From: a candidate division FCPU426 bacterium
Lineage (GTDB): Bacteria > Oederibacteriota > Muellerivitia > Muellerivitales > Muellerivitaceae
DNA length: 64,000 bases
Direction of reading: 5' to 3'
Assembly: GCA_963830915.1 (NCBI GenBank)
Contig: CAWHOE010000049.1
Location: 1 to 64,000, forward strand
Shown: positions 41,278-49,847 of the stretch, one piece after another
How positions within the stretch are numbered: position 1 is the stretch's first letter
How the letters are laid out: every line of letters begins with the position of its first letter
Position numbers and translations under genes: made by a program
The notes under the pieces: model-generated
Databases searched by the model: none
What the model saw: the letters and a program-made list of their open reading frames with translations, nothing else
What the model was told of the DNA's origin: nothing

Positions 41278-42441
41278 ATGCGAATCCACACACACCTGAT
41301 CCAACGCGGTAAAAATTTCGCTCCCAGCACCCCCTCCTGGGCCGAGATATCCCTGAAGGCCCTCCAGCATAACTTCCTCGAACTCAAGCGCCTGGCGGGC
41401 GACGCCGAAGTCCTGCCGGTGGTCAAAGCCAACGCCTACGGTCACGGCCTGGTGCCGGTTTCCAAAGCCCTGGTGGGCGCGGGGGCCAAGGCCCTGGCGG
41501 TCGCCACGGTACGGGAAGGCGTGACCCTTCGAAACGCCGTCGTGACCTGTCCCATCCTGATCCTCACCCCCACCCTTCCGGCCGAGATACCCACGCTTCT
41601 ACAGTATTGCCTCACCCCCCAGGTCAGTTCGGTGGAGGGGGCCAGGGAACTGGCGAAGGTGGCCAAGCAAATGAAGGTCAGCCGAGTCCCTATCCATCTC
41701 AAGCTCGATACCGGCATGGGCCGGGTCGGGGTGAGGGTGGAAAGGGCCGTGCGTGAATTCGACACCATCCGAAGGATCCCCGGCATCCGGGTCGACGCGG
41801 TCTATACCCACCTGGCCACCGCCGATTGGCTGGACCCCAAGTACGCCTGGAAACAGATCACCCTTTTCAAACAGGCCCTGGACGGGTTCCGTAAGATATC
41901 GGGCGGGAAAACTTTCCAATCCCACATGGCCAACAGCGCCGCGCTCCTGGCTTATTACCCCCAGTCCGCCGGCACCTGGGTCAGGCCGGGCCTGGCCCTC
42001 TACGGGGTCTATCCCAATCAAAACCTGAGGAGCAAGGCGAAGCTTATCCCGGTCATGCAGGTCAAGACCAGGATCATCCACTTGAAGGCCCTCGATAAAG
42101 GGCAGTCGGTCAGCTACGGGCGCACCTATACGGCCAAGAAACCCATCAAGGTCGCCACCCTCTCGCTGGGTTACGCGGACGGGGTACAAAGGGTGTTGTC
42201 CAACAAAGCCCATTTCCTCGTGAGGGGCAAGAGGGTGCCGGTCATCGGCCGGGTCTGCATGGATATGACCCTGATCGACGTGTCGAAAGTTCCAGGGGTC
42301 AAGCTGGGGGATATCGCCACCTTCTTCGGGCGGGACGGAAAGACGGTCCTGTCGGTCAATGAGCAGGCGACCCTGGCCGGGACCATTTCTTATGAGCTTC
42401 TTTGCGCCGTGGGCGAACGGGTGCCAAGGATCTACGTTTAA
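41278..42441 (+). CDS. alr: Alanine racemase
   Basis: VVKANAYGHG PLP-lysine motif, KLDTGMGRVG, GYADG, GRVCMD. Confidence 0.97.
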   Translation: MRIHTHLIQRGKNFAPSTPSWAEISLKALQHNFLELKRLAGDAEVLPVVKANAYGHGLVPVSKALVGAGAKALAVATVREGVTLRNAVVTCPILILTPTLPAEIPTLLQYCLTPQVSSVEGARELAKVAKQMKVSRVPIHLKLDTGMGRVGVRVERAVREFDTIRRIPGIRVDAVYTHLATADWLDPKYAWKQITLFKQALDGFRKISGGKTFQSHMANSAALLAYYPQSAGTWVRPGLALYGVYPNQNLRSKAKLIPVMQVKTRIIHLKALDKGQSVSYGRTYTAKKPIKVATLSLGYADGVQRVLSNKAHFLVRGKRVPVIGRVCMDMTLIDVSKVPGVKLGDIATFFGRDGKTVLSVNEQATLAGTISYELLCAVGERVPRIYV

Positions 42442-42455
42442 AACTCCAACGGATG

Positions 42456-42711
42456 TTGAACCACAGAGTCACACGGAGTCACTCAGAGTACGAAAAAGAC
42501 AAAACCTTTCATTAGCCACAGATGAACACCGATGAACACAGATTTTGATTTAGAAAAAAATAAGGATTCTTTTCTTTAACTAATTCTTACTCAATTCTCA
42601 CTCTGTGTGACTCTGTGCCGAATCTCCTTATGAACCAATATGGAAATCGGTACTATACCGACCTCTTTAGAACACATTAATAGAAGGTCGGCATGTGCGA
42701 CTCCGTGGTTA
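42456..42711. repeat. CCAC+triple-repeat inverted pair (CACAGAG subfamily) with an internal CACAGAT arm
   Basis: TTGAACCACAGAGTCACACGGAGTCACTCAGAGT; TAGCCACAGATGAACACCGATGAACACAGAT; inverted ACTCTGTGTGACTCTG[insert]TGCGACTCCGTGGTT. Confidence 0.8.
42616..42693 (+). mobile_element. 78-bp four-armed mini-element, family 1, copy 2
   Basis: TGCCGAAT..AATCGGTACTATACCGACC..GGTCGGCA flanked by TG/TG. Confidence 0.8.
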
Positions 42712-42738
42712 ACTTGGCTTTATTCGAAAGGAAAATAA

Positions 42739-43104
42739 ATGCCGCAAATCATCCCTTCTCCCACCGTCATTCAATCCGCAGGCAATAAACCCAAAAAGAT
42801 CGAGGAGTTCGTCGGGAGGGTCAACACCCACACCCCGCAAGTCAGCGTCGCCCGCATGGTCAGCCCCAGCGGATGGGTGGAGCCGGGCCAAACCCCGGAG
42901 TTCGACGAATATACGGTGGTGTTGAAAGGGTCGCTTCGTGTGGAATCCAAGGAAGGTGTCTTGGATGTCAAAGCGGGCCAGGCGGTCTGGGTCAAAAAGG
43001 GGGAGTGGGTCAGGTATTCCAGTCCCTCATCCGAGGGCGCTGAGTATGTGGCGGTTTGTTTGCCCGCCTTCGGACCCGAAATCGTGCATAGGAATAAGGA
43101 TTAA
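42739..43104 (+). CDS. Cupin domain protein (EutQ-like)
   Basis: GWVEPGQTPEFDEYTVVLKG..AGQAV..GEWVRYS..AEYVAVCLPAF. Confidence 0.88.
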   Translation: MPQIIPSPTVIQSAGNKPKKIEEFVGRVNTHTPQVSVARMVSPSGWVEPGQTPEFDEYTVVLKGSLRVESKEGVLDVKAGQAVWVKKGEWVRYSSPSSEGAEYVAVCLPAFGPEIVHRNKD

Positions 43105-43132
43105 ATATTTTATTAATTGGAGGTTCATATCC

Positions 43133-43927
43133 ATGTCCGAAATGTTTATCTCCCAAATCAAAATCCTAAATAGGTACTTCATTTTGATCATTCTATTTTC
43201 AATAGTTGCAAATATCGCAATTGCCAACCCGAAATCAGCTCATAAGAAAAAATCACCGGCCGGGATGGTTTTGATACCTGGGGGCGAATATATGATGGGC
43301 TCTCCGATAACTGAAGGGTTAAATGATGAACACCCACGGCACAGGGTATCGGTAGACGCTTTTTATATAGACAAGTATTTGGTTACGTTTAGGCAATATG
43401 ACAAGTTTTGTGAAGCGACAAATCGGAAAAAACCTGAAGACCAAGGATGGGGTCGGGGATCAAGGCCTGTAATCAATGTCTCTTGGGACGATGCTAATGC
43501 TTATTCTCAATGGGTCAATAAACGGCTTCCAACAGAAGCGGAATATGAAAAAGCAGCTAGGGCAAGGACTGAAACAAAATATTTTTTTGGTAATGACGAC
43601 TACCAATTGGGTAATTATGCCTGGTTTATAGATAACTCTGGTGGGATGACCCATCCTGTTGGCGAGAAAAGGCCTAATCCTTATGGGCTATATGACATTC
43701 TTGGAAATGTTTGGGAATGGTGCTCGGATTGGCATGATGCATATTATTACGCGAATAGCCCTTTGAGAAATCCACAAGGTTCAACAACGTACAAGAAAAA
43801 TGGGCATGCAATGCGCGGTGGATCTTGGAATGACGATAAATATTCATTGCGTGCGGCATGTCGTAGTTTTGGGGACGATGAACACTTGGATAATTACAAT
43901 GGCTTTCGCTGTGCGAAAACTCCATAA
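43133..43927 (+). CDS. FGE-sulfatase (SUMF1/EgtB/PvdO) domain protein, exported
   Basis: IPGGEYMMGS, RPVINVSWDDA, RLPTEAEYEKAAR, NPYGLYDILGNVWEW, RGGSW, GFRC. Confidence 0.92.
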   Translation: MSEMFISQIKILNRYFILIILFSIVANIAIANPKSAHKKKSPAGMVLIPGGEYMMGSPITEGLNDEHPRHRVSVDAFYIDKYLVTFRQYDKFCEATNRKKPEDQGWGRGSRPVINVSWDDANAYSQWVNKRLPTEAEYEKAARARTETKYFFGNDDYQLGNYAWFIDNSGGMTHPVGEKRPNPYGLYDILGNVWEWCSDWHDAYYYANSPLRNPQGSTTYKKNGHAMRGGSWNDDKYSLRAACRSFGDDEHLDNYNGFRCAKTP

Positions 43928-43955
43928 ATTTATTCAGATAATTAATTTTTAGCCG

Positions 43956-43991
43956 ATTGGCCCCGATATCGTGCACCGGGATTTAGAATAA
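43956..43991 (+). pseudogene. Short diverged copy of the cupin 3' end
   Basis: Encodes IGPDIVHRDLE-stop versus cupin FGPEIVHRNKD-stop. Confidence 0.6.
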
Positions 43992-43993
43992 AG

Positions 43994-44089
43994 GGCACCT
44001 CTGAAAATTGCTTTTTTGGTTTTGTCGGCACCAATAAATAAGGCTTTCTTGGTGCCTTGGTGTCTTGGTGGTGAATTATTAGATGTTCC
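43994..44089 (-). mobile_element. ~96-bp MITE-like element, family 3, carrying a CACCAAG arm
   Basis: Imperfect TIRs GGCACCTCTGAAAATT / AATTATTAGATGTTCC; reverse-complement homolog at 62956-63050. Confidence 0.7.
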
Positions 44090-44156
44090 TGGAATTGAAT
44101 TAAACCGCTCAAGTGTTATCATAATCCTATAAGTGTAATCACTTTAGGAGGCTGCC

Positions 44157-44402
44157 GTGGTACGTACCCAGATTCAATTGACCAACAAACAAACCACTTC
44201 GTTGAAAAAAATCGCCCGGGAACGGCATATTTCCATGGCCGAGGTCATCCGCCAAGGCGTTGATCTATTCTTGAAAAACGGGATCATCAGCCCTGAGGAG
44301 CGGCGGAAACGCGCCATCGCCATTTCGGGGAAATACCATTCCAAGCACACCGATCTTTCCACACATCACGACAAGTACCTGGCCGAAAGCTACGCCAAGT
44401 GA
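44157..44402 (+). CDS. Ribbon-helix-helix antitoxin (VapB-like)
   Basis: MVRTQIQLT..ISMAEVIRQGVD..DLSTHHDKYL; overlaps PIN gene start (GTGA). Confidence 0.88.
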   Translation: MVRTQIQLTNKQTTSLKKIARERHISMAEVIRQGVDLFLKNGIISPEERRKRAIAISGKYHSKHTDLSTHHDKYLAESYAK

Positions 44403-44797
44403 CCACTTTCATTGACACGTCCTTTTTTATCGCGCTTTTAACGAAAGAGGACCGTTTCCACGAAAAAGCCGATCAGGCTTGGAAACTTCTGCTTGAATCG
44501 GACGCCACCCTGGTTTCCAGTAATTACATTCTTTTGGAGACCTTCTCCCTGATCCAAAACCGCCTGGGTTTGGAAGCCGTCGCCGATTTTCAAAGGGTTG
44601 TTGTGCCGCTACTATCATTGGAATGGGTGGATGAGAGCTGCCATGAGGCGGGTCTTGCCACCGTATTGACCGCCAAACGAAGGAATCTGAGTCTCGTGGA
44701 CTGTGTCAGTTTTGAGGTTATGCGGCGTAATGGGGTCAAGAACGTCCACACTTTTGACAAGCATTTTGGTGAACATGGTTTCCATTGTTTGCCCTAA
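44399..44797 (+). CDS. vapC: PIN-domain VapC toxin
   Basis: FIDTS, LLET, SLVDCVSF, TFDKHF acidic residues. Confidence 0.92.
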   Translation: MTTFIDTSFFIALLTKEDRFHEKADQAWKLLLESDATLVSSNYILLETFSLIQNRLGLEAVADFQRVVVPLLSLEWVDESCHEAGLATVLTAKRRNLSLVDCVSFEVMRRNGVKNVHTFDKHFGEHGFHCLP

Positions 44798-44829
44798 CAG
44801 ATTAAAAATGGAGCTAGGCAGTATGAATT

Positions 44830-44940
44830 AAGAAGGGGGAGTGGGTCAGGTATTCCAGTCCCTCGCCTGAGGGCGCGGAGTATGTGGCGGTTTGTTTGCC
44901 CGCTTTCGGACCCGATAGCGTGCATAGGGATCAGGTATAG
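44830..44940 (+). pseudogene. Duplicated 3' end of the cupin gene
   Basis: Near-identical to 42994-43104; encodes KKGEWVRYSSPSPEGAEYVAVCLPAFGPDSVHRDQV-stop with no start. Confidence 0.9.
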
Positions 44941-44948
44941 GAGAATGT

Positions 44949-45929
44949 ATGGATCAGATCAGTATTTTCAAAACGTTAACTTCCAAAGTCGCCCTATTGC
45001 TGGTTTTCATGGCTGGCACGGGGTGCTATTTCTTTGGTTCGAACGGTTTCCAACCAGCGGCGTCCATCGCGCCGGGGGACGGGCTGATCTGTTATGTCAA
45101 CGCCAAGGACAAGGCCTATTCGATCTATGTCATCGATCCGAAAGGGGTCAAAGGCAGGGAAATACCGGTTCCGCAGGACCGTGTCCCCTATGACCCGATC
45201 TTTTCGCCGGACGCCAAAAAAATAATGTATGTTTTCAAGGCCAAGGACGCTGAAAATCCCCCAAGTTCTCTCTGCTTGATGGATGTAAACGGCGCCAATC
45301 CCCAAATCCTGACCCCTGAGGCGGGCAATATTACCGACGCCGTTTTCTCGCCCGATGGCCGAACCATCTATTATTTAAGCGCCGGTTCTTACGGCCACTA
45401 TTCCCCCATCGCCCAATCCCATCCCCATGACTTCGATGTCTATTCCATCGACATCACGGGAAAAGCCCCGAAACAATGTACCCATTTGAAAGCTTATGGA
45501 ATGTCCGATCTGTCCGTTTCAAACGATGGGAAAACCTTGTTTTTCGTGGACATGGCCCAAAGCAATACGTTAATGGCGATGCCTTTGACAGCGGGCGCCA
45601 AGCCTGTCTCCCTGCTTTCCGATATATGGGACGCGCGGGTGTCTCCCGACCAAAAAGAGGTCGTATTCACGAAGATGAAATCGGGATTAGGCGGGTTTAC
45701 GTACGATCTATACATGAGTCCTTTAGACCTTAAGAATCCGGACCGGATCGAACCCAAACAACTGACCTTCTTAAATTCCTTGGTCTTTGGCTTGCGTTAT
45801 TTCACCCAAAGGCCATTCGTGCTTTTTGTTCAGCAGAAAAATTGGCCCAATACCACCCACCCTCGATACAGGTTGATGGAAGTGAGCCTGGATGGCAGTG
45901 ACTTGAAAGTGATACCACTTCCGAAATGA
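44949..45929 (+). CDS. TolB-like/PD40 beta-propeller protein, probable lipoprotein
   Basis: Hydrophobic leader ending GTGC; repeats FSPDAKK, FSPDGRT, VSNDGKT, VSPDQK. Confidence 0.8.
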   Translation: MDQISIFKTLTSKVALLLVFMAGTGCYFFGSNGFQPAASIAPGDGLICYVNAKDKAYSIYVIDPKGVKGREIPVPQDRVPYDPIFSPDAKKIMYVFKAKDAENPPSSLCLMDVNGANPQILTPEAGNITDAVFSPDGRTIYYLSAGSYGHYSPIAQSHPHDFDVYSIDITGKAPKQCTHLKAYGMSDLSVSNDGKTLFFVDMAQSNTLMAMPLTAGAKPVSLLSDIWDARVSPDQKEVVFTKMKSGLGGFTYDLYMSPLDLKNPDRIEPKQLTFLNSLVFGLRYFTQRPFVLFVQQKNWPNTTHPRYRLMEVSLDGSDLKVIPLPK

Positions 45930-45970
45930 GCGGATTTTGAAGCCGAAATTTTATTAAACAGGAGATTTAT

Positions 45971-46627
45971 TTGCCGTCAAAAAAGTATCGAAAAAATGAA
46001 ATAACCTTCAACGTTTCCAAAAAGGAAATGGCTGAATTAAAAAATAAAACAACTAAAGGTTCATCCCAAGAACTAGCGGATAGGTCGGATCGTTTATTGG
46101 CGGCTTTAATAGATCTTTTGCCAATAGTGGTTGTTATATTATTGTTTTTATTATTTGCTGGTCTTTTTTTTCTGAAGGGAATATTCGGAAAGAGCGGCTA
46201 TCCGCAAATTGATGAAGCGTTCCATTCGAATTTTAAGGCCATTGTTCGGATAACCGGCTGGGGCTTTGCTCAGGTTTTTGGACTGGTTAATACTTTTCTT
46301 CTTTGGACTCGCGCCCAAACCATTGGCAAATATTACCGTTCGATCCGAATAGTCAATAATAAAACCGGGGATGATCTGGATCTAATTAATATTTTAGTAT
46401 TAAGACCACTCCCTTTTGTAATTGCTTATGCGTTCTTCTTGATCGCGAGCATTAGCGGTCAGCCACAGTATGAAATTATTCCAGTATTGTTTATGTTATT
46501 TGATGTTCTATTTATTTTTCGAAGTGACCGAAGATGTATCCATGATCTTATTTCCGGCGCAAAAGTTGTGAAGTGCGAAAATACTGGTTCATTATTTGAC
46601 ACGTTGAGACAAAGTGGGCTGAAGTAA
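45971..46627 (+). CDS. RDD family membrane protein
   Basis: RLLAALID..QTIGK..IRIV..RRCIHDLISGAKVV. Confidence 0.88.
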   Translation: MPSKKYRKNEITFNVSKKEMAELKNKTTKGSSQELADRSDRLLAALIDLLPIVVVILLFLLFAGLFFLKGIFGKSGYPQIDEAFHSNFKAIVRITGWGFAQVFGLVNTFLLWTRAQTIGKYYRSIRIVNNKTGDDLDLINILVLRPLPFVIAYAFFLIASISGQPQYEIIPVLFMLFDVLFIFRSDRRCIHDLISGAKVVKCENTGSLFDTLRQSGLK

Positions 46628-46722
46628 GGTTCGGCATTATACGAAAGTAGTATTGAAGGGTTAGGGATCTTCCGTTTTGGATAGTACCAAGAATCTTTAA
46701 TCATTCAGAAAAGGAGTCTTTC

Positions 46723-47694
46723 ATGCAATACACCAACTTAGGGCGGGCCAGGGTTTCGGTGAGCCGCCTCTGCTTAGGCACCATGAACTTCGGGCCGGTC
46801 ACCACCGAGCCGCACAGTTTCGCCATCATGGACAAGGCCCTGGAACTGGGCATCAACTTCTTCGACACGGCCAATGTATACGGCTGGAAAAAGGGCGAGG
46901 GTGTGACCGAGCAGATCATCGGGCGGTGGTTCGCCCAGGGCGGCGGGCGCCGGGAAAAGACGGTTTTGGCCACCAAGGTCTACGGGGACATGGGCGATTG
47001 GCCCAATACCTCCCGCCTGTCGGCCCTGCATATCACCAAGGCCTGCGAGGACAGCCTGAGGCGCTTGAAGACCGACTATATCGACCTCTACCAGATGCAC
47101 CATGTGGACCTGGAAGCGTCCTGGGATGAGATCTGGCAGGCCATGGAAAACCTGGTCCGGGCCGGCAAGGTGCTTTATGTGGGGAGCAGTAATTTCGCGG
47201 CGTGGAATATCGCGCAGGCCAACGAGGCGGCCAAGAACCGCCATTTCATGGGCCTGGTCTCCGAACAGAGCCACTACAGCCTCAAGACCCGCATGGTCGA
47301 GCTGGAGGTTTTGCCCGCTTGCAAGGCCTACGGATTGGGCGTCATCCCCTGGAGCCCCCTGGGCGGGGGATTGCTGGGCGGCATCCTGAAAAAGGCGAAG
47401 GAAGGCCGGCGCAAGGACCCCAGGGTGCAGAAACAGTTGAAGGAAAATTACGCCAAATACGCCGCCTGGGAAAAGCTGTGCTCGAAGCTGGGGGAGGAGC
47501 CCGCGAACGTGGCCCTGGCCTGGCTGTTGCACCAGGAGGTCGTGACCGCCCCCATCATTGGGCCCCGGACCATGGCCCAACTGGAGGGAAGCCTCCGGGC
47601 GCTCAAGATCAAGCTTTCGCCCGATACCCTCAAGAAGATCGACGCCATCTTTCCCGGCCCCGGCGGCGCGGCGCCTAAGGCTTACGCCTGGTAA
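46723..47694 (+). CDS. Aldo/keto reductase
   Basis: LCLGTMNFG, FDTANVYG, LATK, SLRRLKTDYIDLYQMH, WSPLGGG. Confidence 0.95.
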   Translation: MQYTNLGRARVSVSRLCLGTMNFGPVTTEPHSFAIMDKALELGINFFDTANVYGWKKGEGVTEQIIGRWFAQGGGRREKTVLATKVYGDMGDWPNTSRLSALHITKACEDSLRRLKTDYIDLYQMHHVDLEASWDEIWQAMENLVRAGKVLYVGSSNFAAWNIAQANEAAKNRHFMGLVSEQSHYSLKTRMVELEVLPACKAYGLGVIPWSPLGGGLLGGILKKAKEGRRKDPRVQKQLKENYAKYAAWEKLCSKLGEEPANVALAWLLHQEVVTAPIIGPRTMAQLEGSLRALKIKLSPDTLKKIDAIFPGPGGAAPKAYAW

Positions 47695-47755
47695 GAATCC
47701 CTTAAGGTTGACCCCTGCTGGCCGATACCGAGCCTATTGATAGAAAGGCCCGGTG

Positions 47756-48227
47756 CCAACCCCCGGTCGGCCCCCGGTCGGTTTTGACCGGTTACCGGCA
47801 CTTCTGTCGAGGCAACCAGCCGAGACAGAGGGGTTAGTTGTGCCAGGCCTATTGATAGAAAGGCCTGGTGCCACCCCCCGGTCGGCCACCGGTCGGTTCT
47901 GACCGGGCACCGGTCACCCCCCGGTCGGCCACCGGTCGGTTTTGACCGGGCACCGGCCACCCCCCAGCCGGCTACCGGTCGCTCCTGGCCGGTTACCGGA
48001 TGCCACCGGAATCCTTATTTTCGCCCACCGGACGGGCCTTGTCCGGCTACCGGACGGGCTTTTTCCGGTCACCGGAAGCCACCGGAAAGACTACCGGCCC
48101 ACCGGAATCGTTATTTTTACCCACCGGACGCCTACCGGTCACCCACCGGAAAGATGGGGTGCCCACCGGAATCGTTATTTTTGCCCACCGGACGGGCCTT
48201 GTCCGGTTACCGGAGGAGCCTTTGGTC
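47756..48227. repeat. Tandem array A (~21/42-bp period, ACCGG-rich)
   Basis: ~42-bp units CCCCCGGTCGGCCACCGGTCGGTTTTGACCGGGCACCGGTCA, then ~21-bp units with core CACCGGA. Confidence 0.8.
47799..47870 (+). mobile_element. ~72-bp double-hairpin mini-element, family 2, inserted in array A
   Basis: CACTTCTGTCGAGGC..AGCCGAGACAGAGGGGTTAGTTGTGCCAGGCCT..AGGCCTGGTG; removal restores array unit ..ACCGG/CCACCCCCC; right hairpin alone at 47726-47755. Confidence 0.7.
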
Positions 48228-48608
48228 CATCGGAAAGGCCAGGCTACCCCTCGGAAGCATGTTTCCGAGCCTCGGAATGACCGGGCCACCCCTCGGAAGT
48301 GTTGTTTCCGAGCCTCGGAAAGATCGGGTCACCCCTGGGAAGGGTTGTTTCCGAGCATCGGAAAGGCCAGGCACCCCTCGGAAGGGTTGTTTTCGAACCT
48401 CGGAATGACCGAGCCACCCCTCGGAAGCATGTTTCCGAGCCTCGGAAAGATCGGGTCACCCCTCGGAAGGGTTGTTTCCGAGCATCGGAAAGGCTGGGCT
48501 ACCCCTCGGAAGGATGTTTCCGAGCCTCGGAATGAACGGGCCATCCCTCGGAAGTGTTGTTTCCGAGCCTCGGAAAGACCAGGTTACCCCTCGGAAGCGT
48601 GTTTCCGA
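48228..48608. repeat. Tandem array B: nine 42-43 bp units with 3-unit higher-order periodicity
   Basis: C[AC]TCGGAA-N~11-CCCCTCGGAAG-N-GTTTCCGAG; units 1/4/7, 2/5/8 and 3/6/9 match; partial 10th unit at 48762-48780. Confidence 0.92.
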
Positions 48609-48761
48609 CACCGGGCCTTTATAGCTGAGGCCCGGTACATGCCGACCCTCCCATAAAGAATATACGGCGGTCGGTATAGTACCGATTTCTAATGCATTTA
48701 TTTCATTGGTGAATCGGCACAACTAAACCCTGTGTCTCGGCTTGAGGCCTCGACACAAGTG
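48609..48761 (-). mobile_element. Family 2 mini-element (inverted) inserted in array B and itself interrupted by a family 1 element
   Basis: After removing 48640-48719 plus one dinucleotide, it is the reverse-complement homolog of 47799-47870. Confidence 0.75.
48640..48719 (-). mobile_element. 80-bp four-armed mini-element, family 1, copy 3
   Basis: TGCCGACC..GGTCGGTATAGTACCGATT..AATCGGCA flanked by CA/CA (TG/TG on minus strand). Confidence 0.8.
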
Positions 48762-48781
48762 CCATCGGAAAGGCTGGCCAC

Positions 48782-49163
48782 TAACGCTTAGCGTTAGCGA
48801 GGTATCACCTAGCGTTGATGGGACTAACACCTAGCGTTGATGGGGGGTAACGCCTAGCGTTAGTGGGGTATTACCTGGCGTTAACGGCAGAAACGCCTAG
48901 CGTTGATGGGTCTAACGCCTAGCGTTAGTGGGGTATTTCCTGGCGTTAACGGCAGAAACGCCTAGCGTTGATGGGTCTAACGCCTAGCGTTAGTGAGGTA
49001 ACGCCTAGCGTTTTCAGCCAAAACTCCTAGCGTTAGGGGTGGCGGACCTAGCGTTGATCGGGGTAACGCCTAGCGTTAGTGAGGTATCGCCTAGCGTTTT
49101 CAGCCAAAACGCCTAGCGTTAGTGGGGTAACGCCTAGCGTTGATGGCCTAACGCCTAGCGTTA
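48782..49163. repeat. Tandem array C: ~18 units of 21-22 bp with palindromic core AACGC-CTA-GCGTT
   Basis: TAACGCCTAGCGTT followed by recurring 7-8 bp tails (AGTGGGG, GATGGGTC, AGTGAGG, TTCAGCCA, AACGGCAG). Confidence 0.92.
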
Positions 49164-49847
49164 TTTGCCTTTTAGATCGATGACAGCGGACATCTCATTG
49201 CCATTCAGGCCCTTTAAAACCAATTGGATAGATTCACCCGACTTAGTCTTCAATTCTTCCGCTTGGGCGGGGGTGATCGAAATTAAATGAATGTTGTCCT
49301 TGGCGTAGCCGAAGGGTTTGACGGGTTGGGGCGTTGGATAGACCAGCTCCACCTTGGGGAAATCAACTATCGGTATTTCATCTTTCTTTATTCCGGCCTT
49401 TCCAAATACATACAGGTTAGCACCGGGTTTATAGAGTTTGCCCGTGTTCGTGCTTTCGTCCACCGCCAAGGTGTAATTCAGAGGATTGTGGCTTCGAATA
49501 GGCGCCTGGGCCTTTTCACTTGGCGAGAATTGTGTGTAGGCGATAGGTCTTCCCTTGGGGATGGGGACCAGGGTGGTCAGGCTTTCCACTTCTTGAAGGT
49601 CTTCCACATCGTTCGTGTCATATTGAAAAACAAAAATATGACTTTTGACGACCATGTCGGGCTTCAGGAAAACCCCTTTCGGGATATCCCGGGCCGCAAC
49701 GAGTATTTCGACAGTTTGATTTGAAATCCTTTTTTGATAGGCGTCCATTAGGAATATGAGGACGATAAACACGCAAAAATATAATCCGATGATGTAGTAA
49801 CCACGAGGAATGTTCCTGACGATCAAGGCGCCCATCGCAGTAACCAA
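49161..49847 (-). CDS. SAF-domain protein (CpaB/RcpC-like)
   Basis: N-terminal TM then ILVAARDIPKG..L..DMV....LVPIPKGRPI. Confidence 0.7.
   Translation of the reverse strand: MVTAMGALIVRNIPRGYYIIGLYFCVFIVLIFLMDAYQKRISNQTVEILVAARDIPKGVFLKPDMVVKSHIFVFQYDTNDVEDLQEVESLTTLVPIPKGRPIAYTQFSPSEKAQAPIRSHNPLNYTLAVDESTNTGKLYKPGANLYVFGKAGIKKDEIPIVDFPKVELVYPTPQPVKPFGYAKDNIHLISITPAQAEELKTKSGESIQLVLKGLNGNEMSAVIDLKGK

Noticed and set aside
47942..48722. Overlapping ORFs across the repeat block (e.g. 48000-48656)
   Set aside because: Unit lengths of 42/43 bp shift the frame, so the same peptides appear in all frames; no RBS; these are by-products of the repeats.
48228..49163. Arrays B and C as CRISPR or TIGR-like guide arrays
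   Set aside because: Variable segments are only ~4-12 bp and recur cyclically rather than being unique; no cas or Nop-domain gene in the window.
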